In this document: positions 36,201 to 50,159 of the stretch, piece after piece
Position numbering within the stretch: the first letter of the stretch is position 1
How the letters are laid out: the number at the start of each line of letters is the position of its first letter
Assembly: GCA_965112735.1 (NCBI GenBank)
Contig: OZ218957.1
Coordinates: 1,116,001 to 1,180,000 of the forward strand
Reading direction: 5' to 3'
Source: Phaeosaccion multiseriatum
Lineage: Eukaryota; Protista; Ochrophyta, other classes
DNA length: 64,000 bases
Program-made: the position numbers and the translations under genes
The notes under the pieces: model-generated
Told to the model about the DNA's origin: nothing
Databases searched by the model: none
What the model saw: the letters and a program-made list of their open reading frames with translations, nothing else

Positions 36201-39200
36201 TCTTGTCTATTGTCTCTCTTGCCTCTTATCTTATCCTGCGCATCGCGCGACAGGCCGGCGACTCCTTCGCAGCAGGCGTATCGTTTCCCTCCACAGGCGC
36301 CCTAGCCAACATCACTTTACCCGTGGTGGACTGGGAAACATACTCAGTGCCCGCCGCCGTGCTCCAAGCCTCTGAGGACCCCACATTGTATGCTAATGTC
36401 AGCCTGAAGCACCTGACGGGTGATTTCGGAGCCAACATCACCATCGACACCACCAGACCCTCCGTCGACTCTGAGCTAGGGGTCTGGGCGAGATCCAACG
36501 GTACCTTCTATGCCTTGGACGAGGTTAGTATTTGCCCTCCCCCTCCTCCCCCCCCTAGAGAAGGCACCAATGGCTGAGCACCTTCCCCTTCCCAAATCCT
36601 CCCCGCCTTCGAAGGTGCTCATCACTGTGTCCTTCACCAAGCCTGTGAGCGTGGAGGGCGACGTCGGCCTTAGGCTGGAGACGGGCTCCACAGACACGCG
36701 AGCAGAGCTGCACAGTGGGGGAAATGGAACCACCGACGTGACGTTCATGTACCGCGTCAAGCAGGGCGACACGGCGTCTTTGCTCAACTACAAATCCAGG
36801 TAAGTCACATCTAAGCGCTATCGGAACCTCGGGCGATTCCGATTAACGAACTTTTCGATTCGCCCCTCCCCGCCGACCTCGCCGTCGACAGATTCGCGCT
36901 GGAGCTCGGCGGTCACGGCGCCGTGTACAGGCACTCCACGGCCCCTTCGCAGACGTGCGACTTGGATCTACTGCAAGCATCTCAAGGTAAGCATCTGTGG
37001 TGGATGGTGTTGTCGGTCCGCTCGTGCGTGCCGTACGGTCTGTGACCGGTCTGTCTGTCTATGTATTCCTCTGCTCTCTCTTCCGGCCTCGCGTCGCCTT
37101 GCACAGCTTCGCGGAGCCTCGCGGACACGTCAGTCGTGGTCATCGACGGAGGGAGACCAAAGGCCATCAGCGTGGCGTTGAATAGCGCGACGTCGGATAA
37201 CAGCACGTGAGTGAGCCACCGTTTCCCTACGCCCCCTTCTCGGGCCCTTTAGACTAACTCCGCGCTCCCTTTCTCCACTCGACGCTATAGCCTACGCACC
37301 GGAGACGAGGCATATGTGGATGTCGTGTTCGACAAGCCGGTGAGTCCGCCCCTGCCCTGCCTCCCAGAGCGTGGCGGCAAATCTCTAAGCAACCCTGCCT
37401 CTCCTTTGTTCCCCATCCTCTCCCTCTCCAAAGCTCTTCGTTAGAGGGGACCCTGTGCTCGTGCTCAACGTCGGCCGAGCTAGGGAGGCGACCTACGTCA
37501 GTGGAAACCTGTCCTCCAACATGACCTTCAAATACACGGCTCGGAAGGGCGACTACGCGGACACCTTGAGCTACCGGTTCACGGATGCTCTCTGCGCGGA
37601 GAGTGGATGCCCAGCCGCCGCCTCCACCTCCACTGGAGCGGTGGGCGTGTACGGTATGCCTCTGCACACGCAAGGGGTCGTAGGGGTCGCCGCCAACTGG
37701 CTGCTCCCCAACGCCTTGGGACAACGCACGGAGGGAGTGCCCATCGCCGCCAACCTCAGCGTCGACACTTCCGGCGGGGCCTCCACCACCGTACAGAGCA
37801 TCTCCACCACGAGAGAGACAGGCCCGTGGGGGGTGGGGCAGCAAATCGACGTGAGCCTCGTCTTTACGGACGAAGTAGATGTGGGCACCCGTCTGCCCCG
37901 CCTGGCCCTCAGCAATGGAGCATTGGCAACCTACTACGAGGGAGGCGGGACAGACACTCTGACGTTCTTGTACACTGTGGGCGAGGGTGACAATAGCACG
38001 GAAGCGCTGGACGTGGACATGACGAATAGGTGAGCGAGCAAGTACCATTGGGCAAGCAACCTTGGGCAAGTGCCCCCTCTGGCAAGTACCCTTGGCCACT
38101 CCCATGTTTCCCCTACGCTCGGCTCACCGAAGTGTGCGAATCGCGTGCCAATCTCTGCCTCCCTCGCAGTACTGGGACCGGCTCAGCGCTGCACTGCAGC
38201 AGTGGCATTTGCGCTCTCACGGATGGCAATGGAGCTGCGGTGGACATGACTCTCGGCGCCAACCTGACGCTGGCACAGGCCAACGTGACCATCGACACCT
38301 CCCCACCGAGGGTCACAGACGTGTACTCGGCCAAAGCCACGTCCGAGTACTCCGGCGGCGTGTACACTGTCGGGGAGGAGCTCGACGTGTCAGTGCGCTT
38401 CGATCTGCCCGTTGTGGTGCGGGGCACGCCTCGGCTTCGCTTGGAGACTGGAGGGTATGCCACCTACTCGGGCCTCTCTAGCGACGGCCTCGTGCTCAGC
38501 TTTGCCTACTTGGTGATTGAGGGGGACAGCAGCACCAACCTCACGTGGTGGGGGGTAGGGGACGGGGGCGCCGCCCTGGATGCCAATGCCGACAGCATCC
38601 TGCGCCTGTCCAGCCGCCCAACCACGGCAGCGAATCTTTCTCTGCCGTTGGTGGCCGCACCACTCGCGAGGGGCGGCAACACAATCGCCCTCAACACCAC
38701 CGGACAGCCTGTCGTGACCAATGTGTCGTCTCTCTCAGCGGAGGGCAGCGTGTACGCCCCTGGCGATGAGCTGTGGTTCGAGGTGACGTTTGATCGCTCC
38801 GTGTCAGTGAGTGGAGTGCCAGTGCTGCACCTAGACACAGGCAACTGCCAGCCGGGCAGGGCCTACTACTCGCACGGCAGTGGCAACACCTCCCTCGCCT
38901 TTGTGTATACCGCACAAGAAGGGGACTCCACTCCAGCAGTGCGCTTGTCGGACACACATGCTCTGCATTTTGGATACAGCGAGGACCACCCAGACCGACA
39001 TATCGCCACGGGCAGGGGCGAAGGGGTGGGCTACGAGGAGGGCCTGCGCAGCTCGATTAGATGGGCGAGCACTAGCCCCACGGTGGGCGCCTCCAAACAA
39101 TTGGATGTGCCCGAGGGGATTATCGGCTCGCCAGCCATCGATGGGGCAGTGCCGCGGATAGTGGCGCTGGATTTCCAGGGGGGGCAGAACGAGTCCTATG

Positions 39201-41304
39201 CGGGAGGAGACGTGGTTGGGATCAATGTGACTTTCAGCGCGCCTGTGATGGTCGTCAATGGCACCCCGAGCATCAAGCTGGAGACGGGACCAATCAGCAG
39301 GAGGGCGCACTTTGTCGGACTCGGCCCTGACGGAAACGCTACCGAGGGTACGTGCCATAATATGCCGTGTGGCTCTGAAGGGTTCGCGAGAGACCGTCGC
39401 TTATATCCAAAGCCCCCCTTCGCTTCCCTGCTCGCTTGCTTGGTCTCACATCGTCCTCGTTGATGCTGCTGCTAAACAACAGGGAGTGAGCTGCTCTTCG
39501 AGTACACGGTCGTGACGGGGGACTCTGCCTCCGACCTGGACTACTGGAGCGACGCCTCCGAGTGGCGCCATGCCGCGGCGTCCTTCGAGCTCAATGGGGG
39601 GGGCGTGTACCGCGCGGCAGGGAATGCTGTGCTGGAGGCAGACACGCACCTCAATCCCCCGGGGGGCTGGCTCTCGGGCGACACGCAACTCACTGCAGTG
39701 GCGGGAGAGGCGCACTTCAGGGACTTGATGGTGAGGGGGGAGGGCCGCGGCTGCTTCTGACGGCCTGACCGACTGACGGCCTGGCCGACTGACTGCCTGC
39801 TTGCCTACTGCCTGACTGACTGCCTGACTACATGTGCTGTCCGCCCTGGTTGCAGGTACTTGTGCGAGGTCGAGGGTACCGTGTGTGGTTCTCTGCACAG
39901 CCCAGGCACCTGCAGAACGCATCGTCCCTCGCTACTTCGCTGACGTTTGAGGCGGGCTTCTCCGTGGAGGTGAGACAGGATTCATCATCTGCCCACCCCG
40001 CAATTTGAATCAATCATCTCCAGCGCTCACTTCACTGTGCGTCTCTCTCCCTTTCTCTCTCTCTCTCTTTGCACCCCCCAGACGGAAGTGCACGCGTCCG
40101 ACGGTGCCTCGGGCGACAAGATGGGCTGGTCAGTTAAGGTGGATGGCGATATGCTCATAACAGGGGCCCCTGGTAAGAGCCTGGCCACATCCGAGGTGCA
40201 GCTGCTCAAGCTCACCGGGGGCCGGAAGGAGCAGGTGCGTGTATGAAAGAGAGATGAACAAGGACAAGGGTTGGGAGGGGGGAAGCGGTGTACATGGCAC
40301 TCGAGCCGCCAACTGCTGCCCTTCCCTTGGTCGCAGGTGTCAGAGGTGCAGCTGGTGTCGGTCGAAGCCGTCCAGCAGAAGGAGATTCAGCAATTCACAA
40401 CTTCTGCGGACGTGTCTGCGTCCGTCGGGGGGCACTGGAGCCTCACTTACCCCGGCCTTGGCAGCATGAGGACCATTCCGGCGGACGCCACCATCGACCA
40501 GGTTTGTCTACATAAGAAGGGGCAGAGAGAGAGAGCTTGCTTTGGCCCTGTTCCTTGCCCGCTCTTACAGACTACGGCTGACACCGAGACCCCATCTCTG
40601 CGTCCGTCCCAAAAGGTCCAAGTGTTCATCCAGGAGGACTGGCCCAGCCTCGGTAGAGTGCGCGTCTCCCGAGAAGGTACGGCGCCCTCCCTCCAGCCCC
40701 GCACGATGAGGCCTCTGTTTTCCTTACGGCTGCTGCTCTTGATACTGCTTGTGCTACATCTGCTGCGTTCCTGGCCCTCTTGCGTCTGTCATCCCCTCCC
40801 CCCTCCCCTTCCCATAGTCAACACATTCTGCGAGTGCACGGACGGCTTCGTGTGGACAGTGAACTTCGAGGAGGCGGAGGGAGAGGTCGCCACCATGATA
40901 CCGGACGGGAGCCTCCTCACAGGAGACGGGGCCTCCATCTCCAACGTCACCACTCTCCAGGTAGGCACAGGGGAGGCCTGAGCTCACTCGCCATGCTTCG
41001 CGCTTGGTTGTTCACTGGCAACTACTGCCTCGCTACCTCCCACGCAGGACTCGCCCTCCTTAGGGGGCACCTTCACGTTGATGTACGACGGCTGGTCTGC
41101 AATCAGAGCCAACGCCAGCCGAGGCGGCCAGGGCTTCAACTCCACACGGCCCCTCCCCTTTGACGCCAACGCGTCCTACCTCGCCGACGTGCTCCACACG
41201 GACCTCAACCTCACCGTTATCGACATCGACGCGCAGACTCCGGACCCACGAGGAGGGCGCAAGTAAGTGGGGCGAGTGCCTGTCTCAAGCTCCCCTGATG
41301 CCCG

Positions 41305-41335
<31 letters not shown>

Positions 41336-44300
41336 GAAGCGATTTCTCGACCCCCCACCCACCCCCTTTTGTCTTCTCTTATCTTTGTGTCAAGATGGGT
41401 CATCACGTTTGGGTCTGATTGGGGCGACTTTGATATCAACGAGCTCACCTCGGACCCTTCGGGCCTCACTGGTAACGGAGCGCGCGTGTGGCACCAGACG
41501 GGTAGGAACGGTACCGGCCCCATCACGGGCGAGTGGCGGGTGCGCTACGGGGGGAGCAGCTACACGGCGTGGATGCCGCACGACGCCTCCGCCGCCACCG
41601 TCCAAGAGGAACTGGAGCTGCTCGAGAGCATCGACGAGGTGGACGTGACAAGGACGGCCCTGGGAGACGCAAATGAGGTGAGAACCAAGGAGGGAAATAG
41701 GCGGCTCCGCTCCACACCCCCACACCCCCATTGCTCCACTCTGACGACGATGTCTGTCTGTCTCTTGGCGTCGTTTTGGCTATGTTTTGGCCGTGCCTCG
41801 GCTGTGCAGGTCTCTTGGTCCGTGACGTTCGTCACCGTGCGGCTGCAAACGGACTTTGGTTTCGTGCCGATAGCGATGGGCAACTTGCCCGCAATGGAGG
41901 TGGACTCCGCCATCCGGGGAACAGACGCGGTCTTGCAAGTGCGTGGGACGAAGGGAGGGGATCAGGTCCTAGTCGCATATGCTTAGAGTGCGGTTCCCCT
42001 CACTGCAGCTCTTGTCGTTGTCGCGCCTTCGCCTGTCTGCCTGCCACACTGCCTGCCACAGGTCTCTTACATGTTCGGTGGAGCGATGGACTATGCCCCG
42101 TGGGAGGGGAAGGTCATGGGGGCAGCTGGGGTGTCCGCAGGGGCCGCCTATCTCTTTGAGAGAGAGGCCCTGCCGGGTAAGACGCAAGGGCGAATGAAGA
42201 AGTGAAGGCAAAGGGTGCCTGCCGCACTCACTTTGCTTCCCTTTGCTTCACTTTGCTTGGTGTTGCCACATCACAGGCAGCAGCGGTGCGTCCCAGTGGT
42301 TGCCGGCACAGACACTGCTCGGCTCTGACACCAATTCAGACGACTCCTTCGGGTACTCAGTGGATCTGGACAGAGACTCGAGGCTTGTCATCATTGGGGC
42401 GCCGTACGCTGAGGTACGATTGGATAGACATGGACCGCATGAATCGCCTTGACAAGAGAGGATCTTCGAGAGCATTATTGCCTCACTTCCTCTAACCTCT
42501 ATGCTACGTAACGCTACGGGTGAATTGCACGCAGGACACGGGCGTGAGGGAGAAGCAGGCTCTGCGGTGCAATGCCACCTTGGATGGAACCTTCTCTATT
42601 TCCTTCCGCGGCTTCACCACCGACCCCATCCCCGCCAACACGAGCCTGAGGGGTCTGTACGAGGCCATGAAGGGGAACTTTGGCGGGACCACAGATCTGC
42701 ACACCCTTCCAGAGGTTGGTCTGTCTGTCACACGCACGTACACACACAGTGCACTGAGCCCCCCTTCCCCTCCCCTCTCCCTCTCTCTCCTCCGCATCCT
42801 TTGCTCGGCCCGCAGCTGGACGTGGATACGGCTTCCCCTTGGCCCTCCGACTCGTTCTGCAGCAACAACACCGCGGTGGTCACCTTCCGCACCCCGCAGC
42901 ACGATCAGACGATGGGCGAGGGCGATTTGGAGCTCCTCAGCGTGGACTCGAGCGGCCTCGGCGACGGCACCATCAAGGTGAGTGAGTCGTCGCTGATATT
43001 TGGTGATACCTGCTGCAGCTCCCTGGCGCCTATGGAGGTCCCCAGTCCCACCCTTTTGTGGCTCATTCGTGCTTGTGTTTGCTGCTTTTGCCTCAAGGTG
43101 TGGGAAGTACGCAAGGGAACCGTCAATCCCGACGGGCCGTACTCTCGCGGGCTCCAGAGGGGGGCAGCGTATGTGTTTAGATACAGAGCACGCGAGGGCA
43201 GGTGAGACAGAAGGAAGCCGTCGCTGTCTTGCAGTAATGGGAAGAGTCGTTGATGACTTACCTCTCTCTCTCTCTCTCTCTCTCCTTCTCTGTCCAATAG
43301 GTATGTCGAGGAGGAGAAGCTCATATCAAAGCAAGGCTCGGGGCAGGACCGCTTCGGGTGGGCGGTGTCCGTGCAGGGCAGGGCCGCAGATGTGGATTAC
43401 GCGTACGTTGCTTCGCCCGGCTCGAACAGCGAAGAGGGGCAGGTGGACGTGTTTGCACACAAACCGGAGACGGGGTCGTGGGCCTGGCTGCAGACACTCA
43501 CCTCCACTCTATGGACAGAGGAGGCAGACCAGTTCGGCACCAGCATCGCCCAGAGCGGCGACACCTTGGTGGTGGGGGGGGCGGCCTTCAACAGCAGCGC
43601 AGGGGCCATTTACGTGTTCACCACCTCACGCACCGAGCTGTTTCAGGGCGATCAGAGGATCATGTTGCCGAGTCCCGAGGCGGGTGACATGTTTGGCGCC
43701 AGCTTGGCTTTGTACAATAATTTGCTCGTTGTGGGCTGCCCCGGGCGGGACGACAAGTGGCTCTACATCGGCAAGGAGGAAGACCGCTCGGACTGGCGGG
43801 GCAGGGACACAGGGGCCGTGTACGTGTACCGCAGAGAGACGAGTGAGAACAGCTTCGAGCTGAGCCAGACCCTCACAGCCAGCAACATCAAGCCCTTCGA
43901 CCGTCTGGGCGTGAGCGTGAGCGTGGGCAAGGGTATCATCGTGGCTGCCTCGCACAGCGCCTACGAGCCGGGCCAGCTGGCCTACCAACGCGCTGTGCAA
44001 GTGGTCACCGTGCAAGCGAGCTCCGCAGAGGGGAGCGAAAGAGTGGGCAACTGGTTCAGACTGGGCTGGAAGCAGCAGTGTGGAGGAGACGGCGAGAACT
44101 GCTCGACCAGGTACGGCCAACGCAATTGAGCTCCGTGGTCGTGCGGGCTCTCGCTTGAATGCAGCTCCTCATTGTAATGTCTGCCCCCTCCCCCCCGGCG
44201 CTCTCTCTGCCCTTCTTTGCCCCCCCCCCCAAAGGTGGACGAATCCCATCGAGACGGATGCAAGCAGCGTGTCTCTGAAGAACAGCCTGCAAGACGCCTT

Positions 44301-47300
44301 TGGACTCGGCATTGGAAAGTCAGAGCTGCTGGTGCGCAGGTCAGACGTGGACGCTGTGACGGGCGGGTACCGATTCACTGTGACGTTCCTGGAAGAGGAC
44401 GGGAGAGTGCCGCTGATGGAAGCAGACGACTCGCACCTCAGCGGGACAGGCGCCTTCGTGACTGTGGAGGCGGTGACGGAGGTGCCTCGCAGGCTGCGGC
44501 GAGTGGTACACACCTTCCGCAGTAGCAACGCCGACGATGCGGAGAGCGACGACGACGACGCTCTGTTCTCGGAGGAGTGCTTCCTCGTGCCTTGGCTCAA
44601 GCAGCGCCAGGACCTGTTCGGCTCCTCCATCTCTATGTCGGGGGATGTGGTGGCTGTGGGCTCACCCAACAGAGATACCCCGTCAGGGTCCATTGCAGAC
44701 GACACGTTGGTTGTCTCCAACACGGGCTCTGTGAACTTGTTCAGCCTGGACTTTCTTGGCCACCGCTTCGGCTCCCTCAACTACTCTGTCACAGAGGGCG
44801 ACGACCTGACCTTCGCTTTGGAGAGGAGCACGCGGCTGCAGGACGAGCAGACGCTGCGGCTCGTGAGCTTGGATCGGAACGCTCCGGCGCCGCTGCAGGA
44901 GCTCGTCAGGGAGATCTTTGATCTAGAGGACGAGGTGCGTGTGGATGGGTGCGTGCGTGTGTTTGTGCGCGCGTGAGTGTATGGGAACGAAGCGAAGAAT
45001 TTGCAGGAGAAGGTGATCTAAAGTGCTCCGCGTGTTGTTATTCGTACCACCATACCACCGCAGATTTTGCCGACCACAATGACGCCTGCAGACATCATTG
45101 GCGCCGGCTCTGCTTTCGCGCGCTCGCAGCCCTACGGATCGCCCTTCTCCAGAGACGGAGAGGGCAGCGGCAACCACTCGCGCTGGTTGTCGGGCATGAT
45201 GGACTACCGAGGCCTCGGCGACTACGTACCCATGGACGAGCCCCTCTTGCTCCTGCCCGGCACTAAGGCCGTATATGTGGACCTTCACACCAACGACGAC
45301 AGCGTGGTGGAGCTGCCCGACGAGACGCTCTTTGTGACAGTGTACATCCCCGGCATGTTCCCGAGCCTCCTGGGAGGGCTCTCAACGACGGTCACCATCG
45401 AGGACAATGGAGACGGAGAGGGGCCCTACAACACGACAGGAGCTGCGAGCTCTAGCAGCAGCAGCAGCAGTGTGGGGTTCGCCACGCTCTGGGACCGCAG
45501 AATGTACGTGGACAAGCTCTCTGCCGAGGAGTGGACCGCGGCGGGCGAGAGGCACGGCGGAGCCACCGATGCGGACGCCTCGGAGCAACTTCTCGTGGTG
45601 GGCGACGAATGGGCAACGGTCAATGGAACGGCCCAATGCGGGGCCGTGTACGTCTATCGCGAGGAGAGTGGGACGTGGATACTCGAGGAACGACTCGTTC
45701 CCAGCAACGTGCACAAAGGCGCAAGGTTTGGCCAGAGCGTTCAGGTGAGGAGGCTTGGGGTGGATTGGGTTGGGGTTCAGGGGGGCTGGTGGGGTGGGTG
45801 GGTTGGGGTGGTTTACTTGTTTCGCCTTCGAAGCCATGCACAGCAGCACTCCCTCACAGAGCCCCATCCCGTCATCGACTGCGAACAAACAACAAACAAC
45901 ACGGCACAGGTGTCGAGCACCCTAGGTGGCGAGCGCGTGACGGTGATGGTGGGCGCCCCTGGCCAGGCTTCAGTGTACGTGTTCGACCTCTCCTTGTCGA
46001 CCGGCGAGTGGCTCCAGACCGACGTTCTGCAGGGCACCGGCGGCTGTACGAGCACCACCTCTCTCTTCGGCGGGGCCAACGCCCTGGCGCTGGAGGGAGA
46101 TGTGGCCGTGGTGGGCGGGGCGGGCTGCGAAGCGGCCTTTGTGTACACGAGGGGCTGGAACGACACCGCTGGAGACTGGACGTGGTCGAGCCCCGAGATG
46201 CTCCGCAGCAGCGATTACGACTTAGATCGAGTGCATATCCTCGACTATGTACACAGGTGGGACTGACTAACTGGCGCTGACTCCTACTGGGCTGCTCCTT
46301 CCCCTCCCCTCCCCTCCTCGCCCCTAAGACCCCTCTCCGCCCGCCCCTGTTTGCCCCTTCGCCCCCCCTTCCTCCCCTTTCTCCCTGCAGGCAAGACTAC
46401 GGGGCTGCAGTGAGCGTGGATGCCGCCACGCGCACGGTGGTGGTGGGCAGCCCCCTGGCGGACTACGACAAGCTCGGCACGGACAAGTTCGAGACGTACA
46501 ACACGGAGCTCTACAAGAGCTCTGCGAGGGCGCGCGGCAAGGTATGGAAGGAGGCAAGCGGTGCGGTCGGCAGGGGCAGCACGAGACTGACGGTTTGACG
46601 GACGCGACTAACGCCGTGGGCGCCTTGCTTGCCGCATGCGTCTCTCTTCCCCCTCCATAGGTCTATGTGTATTACCGCAGCCCCTCTGCCCAACGTGTGG
46701 TCATGGGCTCGGATATTGGCCTCAATGCGGGCACTTTCCAGCTGCAACTGACGCACAGAAACGTCACCTCCAACACCACAGAGGTACAGGGACATAGTCT
46801 CATGTGTTCACGTATGAACAATTCGAACACGACCCTGAAGCACGCCTCGCCCCCCCCCAACCCCCCTTTCTCTATCGAACGACGCAGGTCGTTTTCGATG
46901 CCACTGCAGGGGTTCTGCAAACGGCGTTGGAAGCCCTGTCCAACGTAGAGGAGGTGGAAGTGACGAAGGCGGAGTGGGAGGACGGCAGGGGGCGCTCTCT
47001 CGTATCGTGGGACATCACCTTCGCCGCGGAGCACTGGCAAGACCCGCCGCTACTGGACGTGCTGTGGGCGAACCACAGCTGCCCGTCCTGCACTCCATTC
47101 TCCGACGACCCCACGGGCTGGATGCCCACCAAGGAGCGCTTCAACGTCTCACGCCTCTCAAACATGAGCTCTGTGTGGGCGGAGCAAACCACTCTGCAGG
47201 TGCGTAGCTCGATCGGTCGGTCGATCGGCCCTGTCGGAGGGGTGGTGGGGATGACGCGTTTCTCCCTTGAGACAGCACTCTCTAAAGAAAGCTTCACTCT

Positions 47301-50108
47301 CTTCTCTTCCCTCCCCATGTTTGCAGGCGTCAGACAAGCAAAGCGGCGATCGCTTCGGCCACTTGGTGGCTGTGGATGGGGAAGAGCTGCTCGTGTCGGC
47401 CTTCCACAGCTCGGGGGAGTCCGCTGCCACTTGGGACTTCGAAACGGGAGACCTTGTGGGTTGGGACAGAACGGGGGCCGCCTTCGACCACCAACCAACC
47501 TTTGGCGATAACCCGTACTTTAGGCCCGTTTATCAGGTAGGTCGACTTGCTAATCCTCTCCTCTCCTCTGCTCTCGCCCTCTTCAGCAACGTGACCACGA
47601 AGCTCCTGGTGTGTGTGTGTTGGTATGGTGGACTCATGTGCAGGGCATCCAGGGACAGTCCTGCGGGGAGCAGTGCCTCCGCAGCCACGGCCAGCCGCAG
47701 AAGAGCTTGCTGGAGGGGAGGTACTTCGTGGGGACGTTCGAGCGCCGCCCTGGGGCAGGGCCGGACAACTACACGCTGCCGCACGCAGACTATGCGCCGG
47801 GGAGCGTGCAAGGCGACGAGGCCACTGGCACTCTGACTTCGCAGGTGTTCACCCTAGGCGGCAGCTCCATATCGTTCCTCGTGGGCGGCGGGTGTGCCAT
47901 CGAGGCGGTGTACGTGGAGCTGTTGGTGGACGGAGCAGGCGTCGCCAGAGCCACGGGCCAGTGCCGGGAGAGCATGCGGAAAGTAACGTGGGATGTTGGA
48001 GCGTACGTGGGGCGAGCGGCGCAGGTCAGTCGTCCTCGCTCTCATCCTCCCTGCCAATTGGCAGAGTCAGTCACTCTAAACTCGACGCCCCTGTTCTTTC
48101 TCTTGTCCGTAGATCCGAGTGGTGGACTCCTCGGCGGGGCTGTGGGGGCACATCAATGTGGACGCCTTTTCCTTCAGTTGGGATATCCGGGGAGGGCAGC
48201 TCAACGACCGGAGAGGAAGCGACGACTGGAGCGAGGGCCTCTCCAAGGCGCACTACGCCGAGAAGGAGACAACGCCGAGGTGAGAGTACCCTGCCTTGCC
48301 TGGCTTGTTGCGTGGCGTACATCGCTCTCTGGGTTCTCTCTCCCTCCCCTCCTCCAAGTCATGTTGTGTTACTGAAGACCCGCCTCTCCTTGCCGCCGCA
48401 GGGCCGGAGTCGCCTACGTGTTTGGGAGGCGCCAGTCCAACACCACGGCCGATCAGGAGTATTGCCCAGTGGGCACCGTGCGGAGTGCCTGCGAGTGGGT
48501 GCAGCTGCAGCGCCTCGTGGCCAGCGACAAGCGCAGCGGGGACCTCTTCGGCTCCAGCCTCGCTCTGGACTATGAGGGAGGAGTCGCCGCTGTCGGTGCA
48601 GGTAAAAAGGCAAAAGAGCAGCAGTACAAGGCTGTGCTCTATCCTCGCCCCCTTACCGCCACCGATCGTCGCTGTGTCCCTCCCTTGTTGCTTCGCTCCC
48701 CTGCCAGCTCACGCGCGGCTCACAGGTCTGTGGCGCGAGCGGCCCTCGGTATACACGAGCTCCAACCCCATTGGCACCCCCCACGACGCGTCACTCGCCG
48801 TGGCGGTCCCGTCCATGCAGTCCCGGAGAGCGCTTTCTCTGCGACTCGATGGCGCGTACGGAGGGCACCAGCAGGCCGGCAGCGGAGGGCCCGCCGTGTG
48901 GCAAGCGGCGCAAGAGCGCAGGGCGGGAGAGGCGGAGAGAGAGCGCCTGCTGGAGGAGGCTCTGGTGTCGGGTGCAGGGGCCGTTTACTTGTTCTCTCGG
49001 TCGGAGGAGAAGCGCCGAGGCAGCGGGCCGCTCATCGTGGGGGGGCACACACACGCCTTCTGGAACGCCACAGAGACGGCCAAGCTGCAGCCTCACGACG
49101 CGGCTGCGGCTGATAGGTGCGTGTAGTACGTAAGCATGCGTGTGTGTGTGTGTGTGTGTGTGTGTGGCCCTGCCCTGCCTGCACTTACAAGGACAAGTCT
49201 TTCCTCCCTCTCTCTTCGATCTTGGCACCAAGCAGTTTCGGTTCCAGCGTGTGCCTTGAAGGCGCGGGGGGGAGGCGCGTGTTCGTGGGGGCTCCACTCT
49301 GCGACGCCTTCGCCACAGACGCAGGGGCCCTGTACGTGCTGGACGTGGGCATACTCAGAGCGCGCTTCACGCACACTGAGGTGAGTTTCCTTCCCTCTAG
49401 GGCCTGCAGGACTCAGGACTCTATGAGTCAAAGCTCCTTAACTCCCTTTCGGCTTGCTGCACTCTTCCCTCTGTATCCACAGTATGTCGTGGTGGAAGGA
49501 GACTGGAGAGGGCTGCACAGCACACCCACCCACCGCAACGACTGGAAGGTGCGTAAGCAGGGAGGGTGTTGCGCACACTGTACATCCTTCTTCTGGTCGC
49601 TCCTCTTACCGAGCAAGAATCCCCTGGATCCGAGACAGGTGTCCATCACGGTCGAGCGGGACCCGTCTTACGCGTCGGACTACTTGACCATAGGGTTCGC
49701 CACGAGCGACCTGACGGCGGTGGGGGTGGACCTTCTTGCGTACGAGGCATGCTTCGCACTGCCTGTGCAGGATCGACGCCCCGAGGCGTGTGGAGACTAC
49801 CAGCTCACATCGGGAGAGGTGAGAGAGAGAAGGATAAGATAGATTGGTGCACAGGGGACTCGCGCACTGATACCCCTGTTTGCGTGTGACCTCGCTCGCA
49901 GGTGACGTTCGAGCCTGGATCCACGCTTGAATCGTTCGACGTGCGATTAATGGATGACGACTGCCGCGAGCTGTACCCCAAATACGTGCAGCTCAGCCTA
50001 AGTATCCCCGGGGGGAACGCAGTCCAGGGCAGCGATTACATGGCCAAGATTCGCATCGACGACGACGATTGGACAAAGCCCTTTTGTACAGATATGAGGT
50101 TAAGTTAG
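33219..50108 (+). CDS. Giant secreted/surface adhesin-like protein: bacterial-type Ig-like repeats, 'EVQ' repeats, FG-GAP propeller repeats, GH32-associated-type beta-sandwich, Calx-beta-like C-terminus (dozens of introns)
   Basis: Signal peptide MVMGLFRRLALVWILQLALS. Repeats 'DT..P.V..V....Y..GD.I...V.F...V.V.G.P.L.LETG..A.Y..GSG...L.F.Y.V..GD'; 'EVQ.V...GG.F.L'; 'D.FG.SV......VGAP....GAVYVF'; final 'DYQLTSGE|VTFEPG...V.LMDDD...IRIDDDD'. May be more than one gene. Confidence 0.75.
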
Positions 50109-50159
50109 CAAGGCTTATAGTAGAGTTTGCGATTTCAAACCCTGCCATAGTTAGTATAG

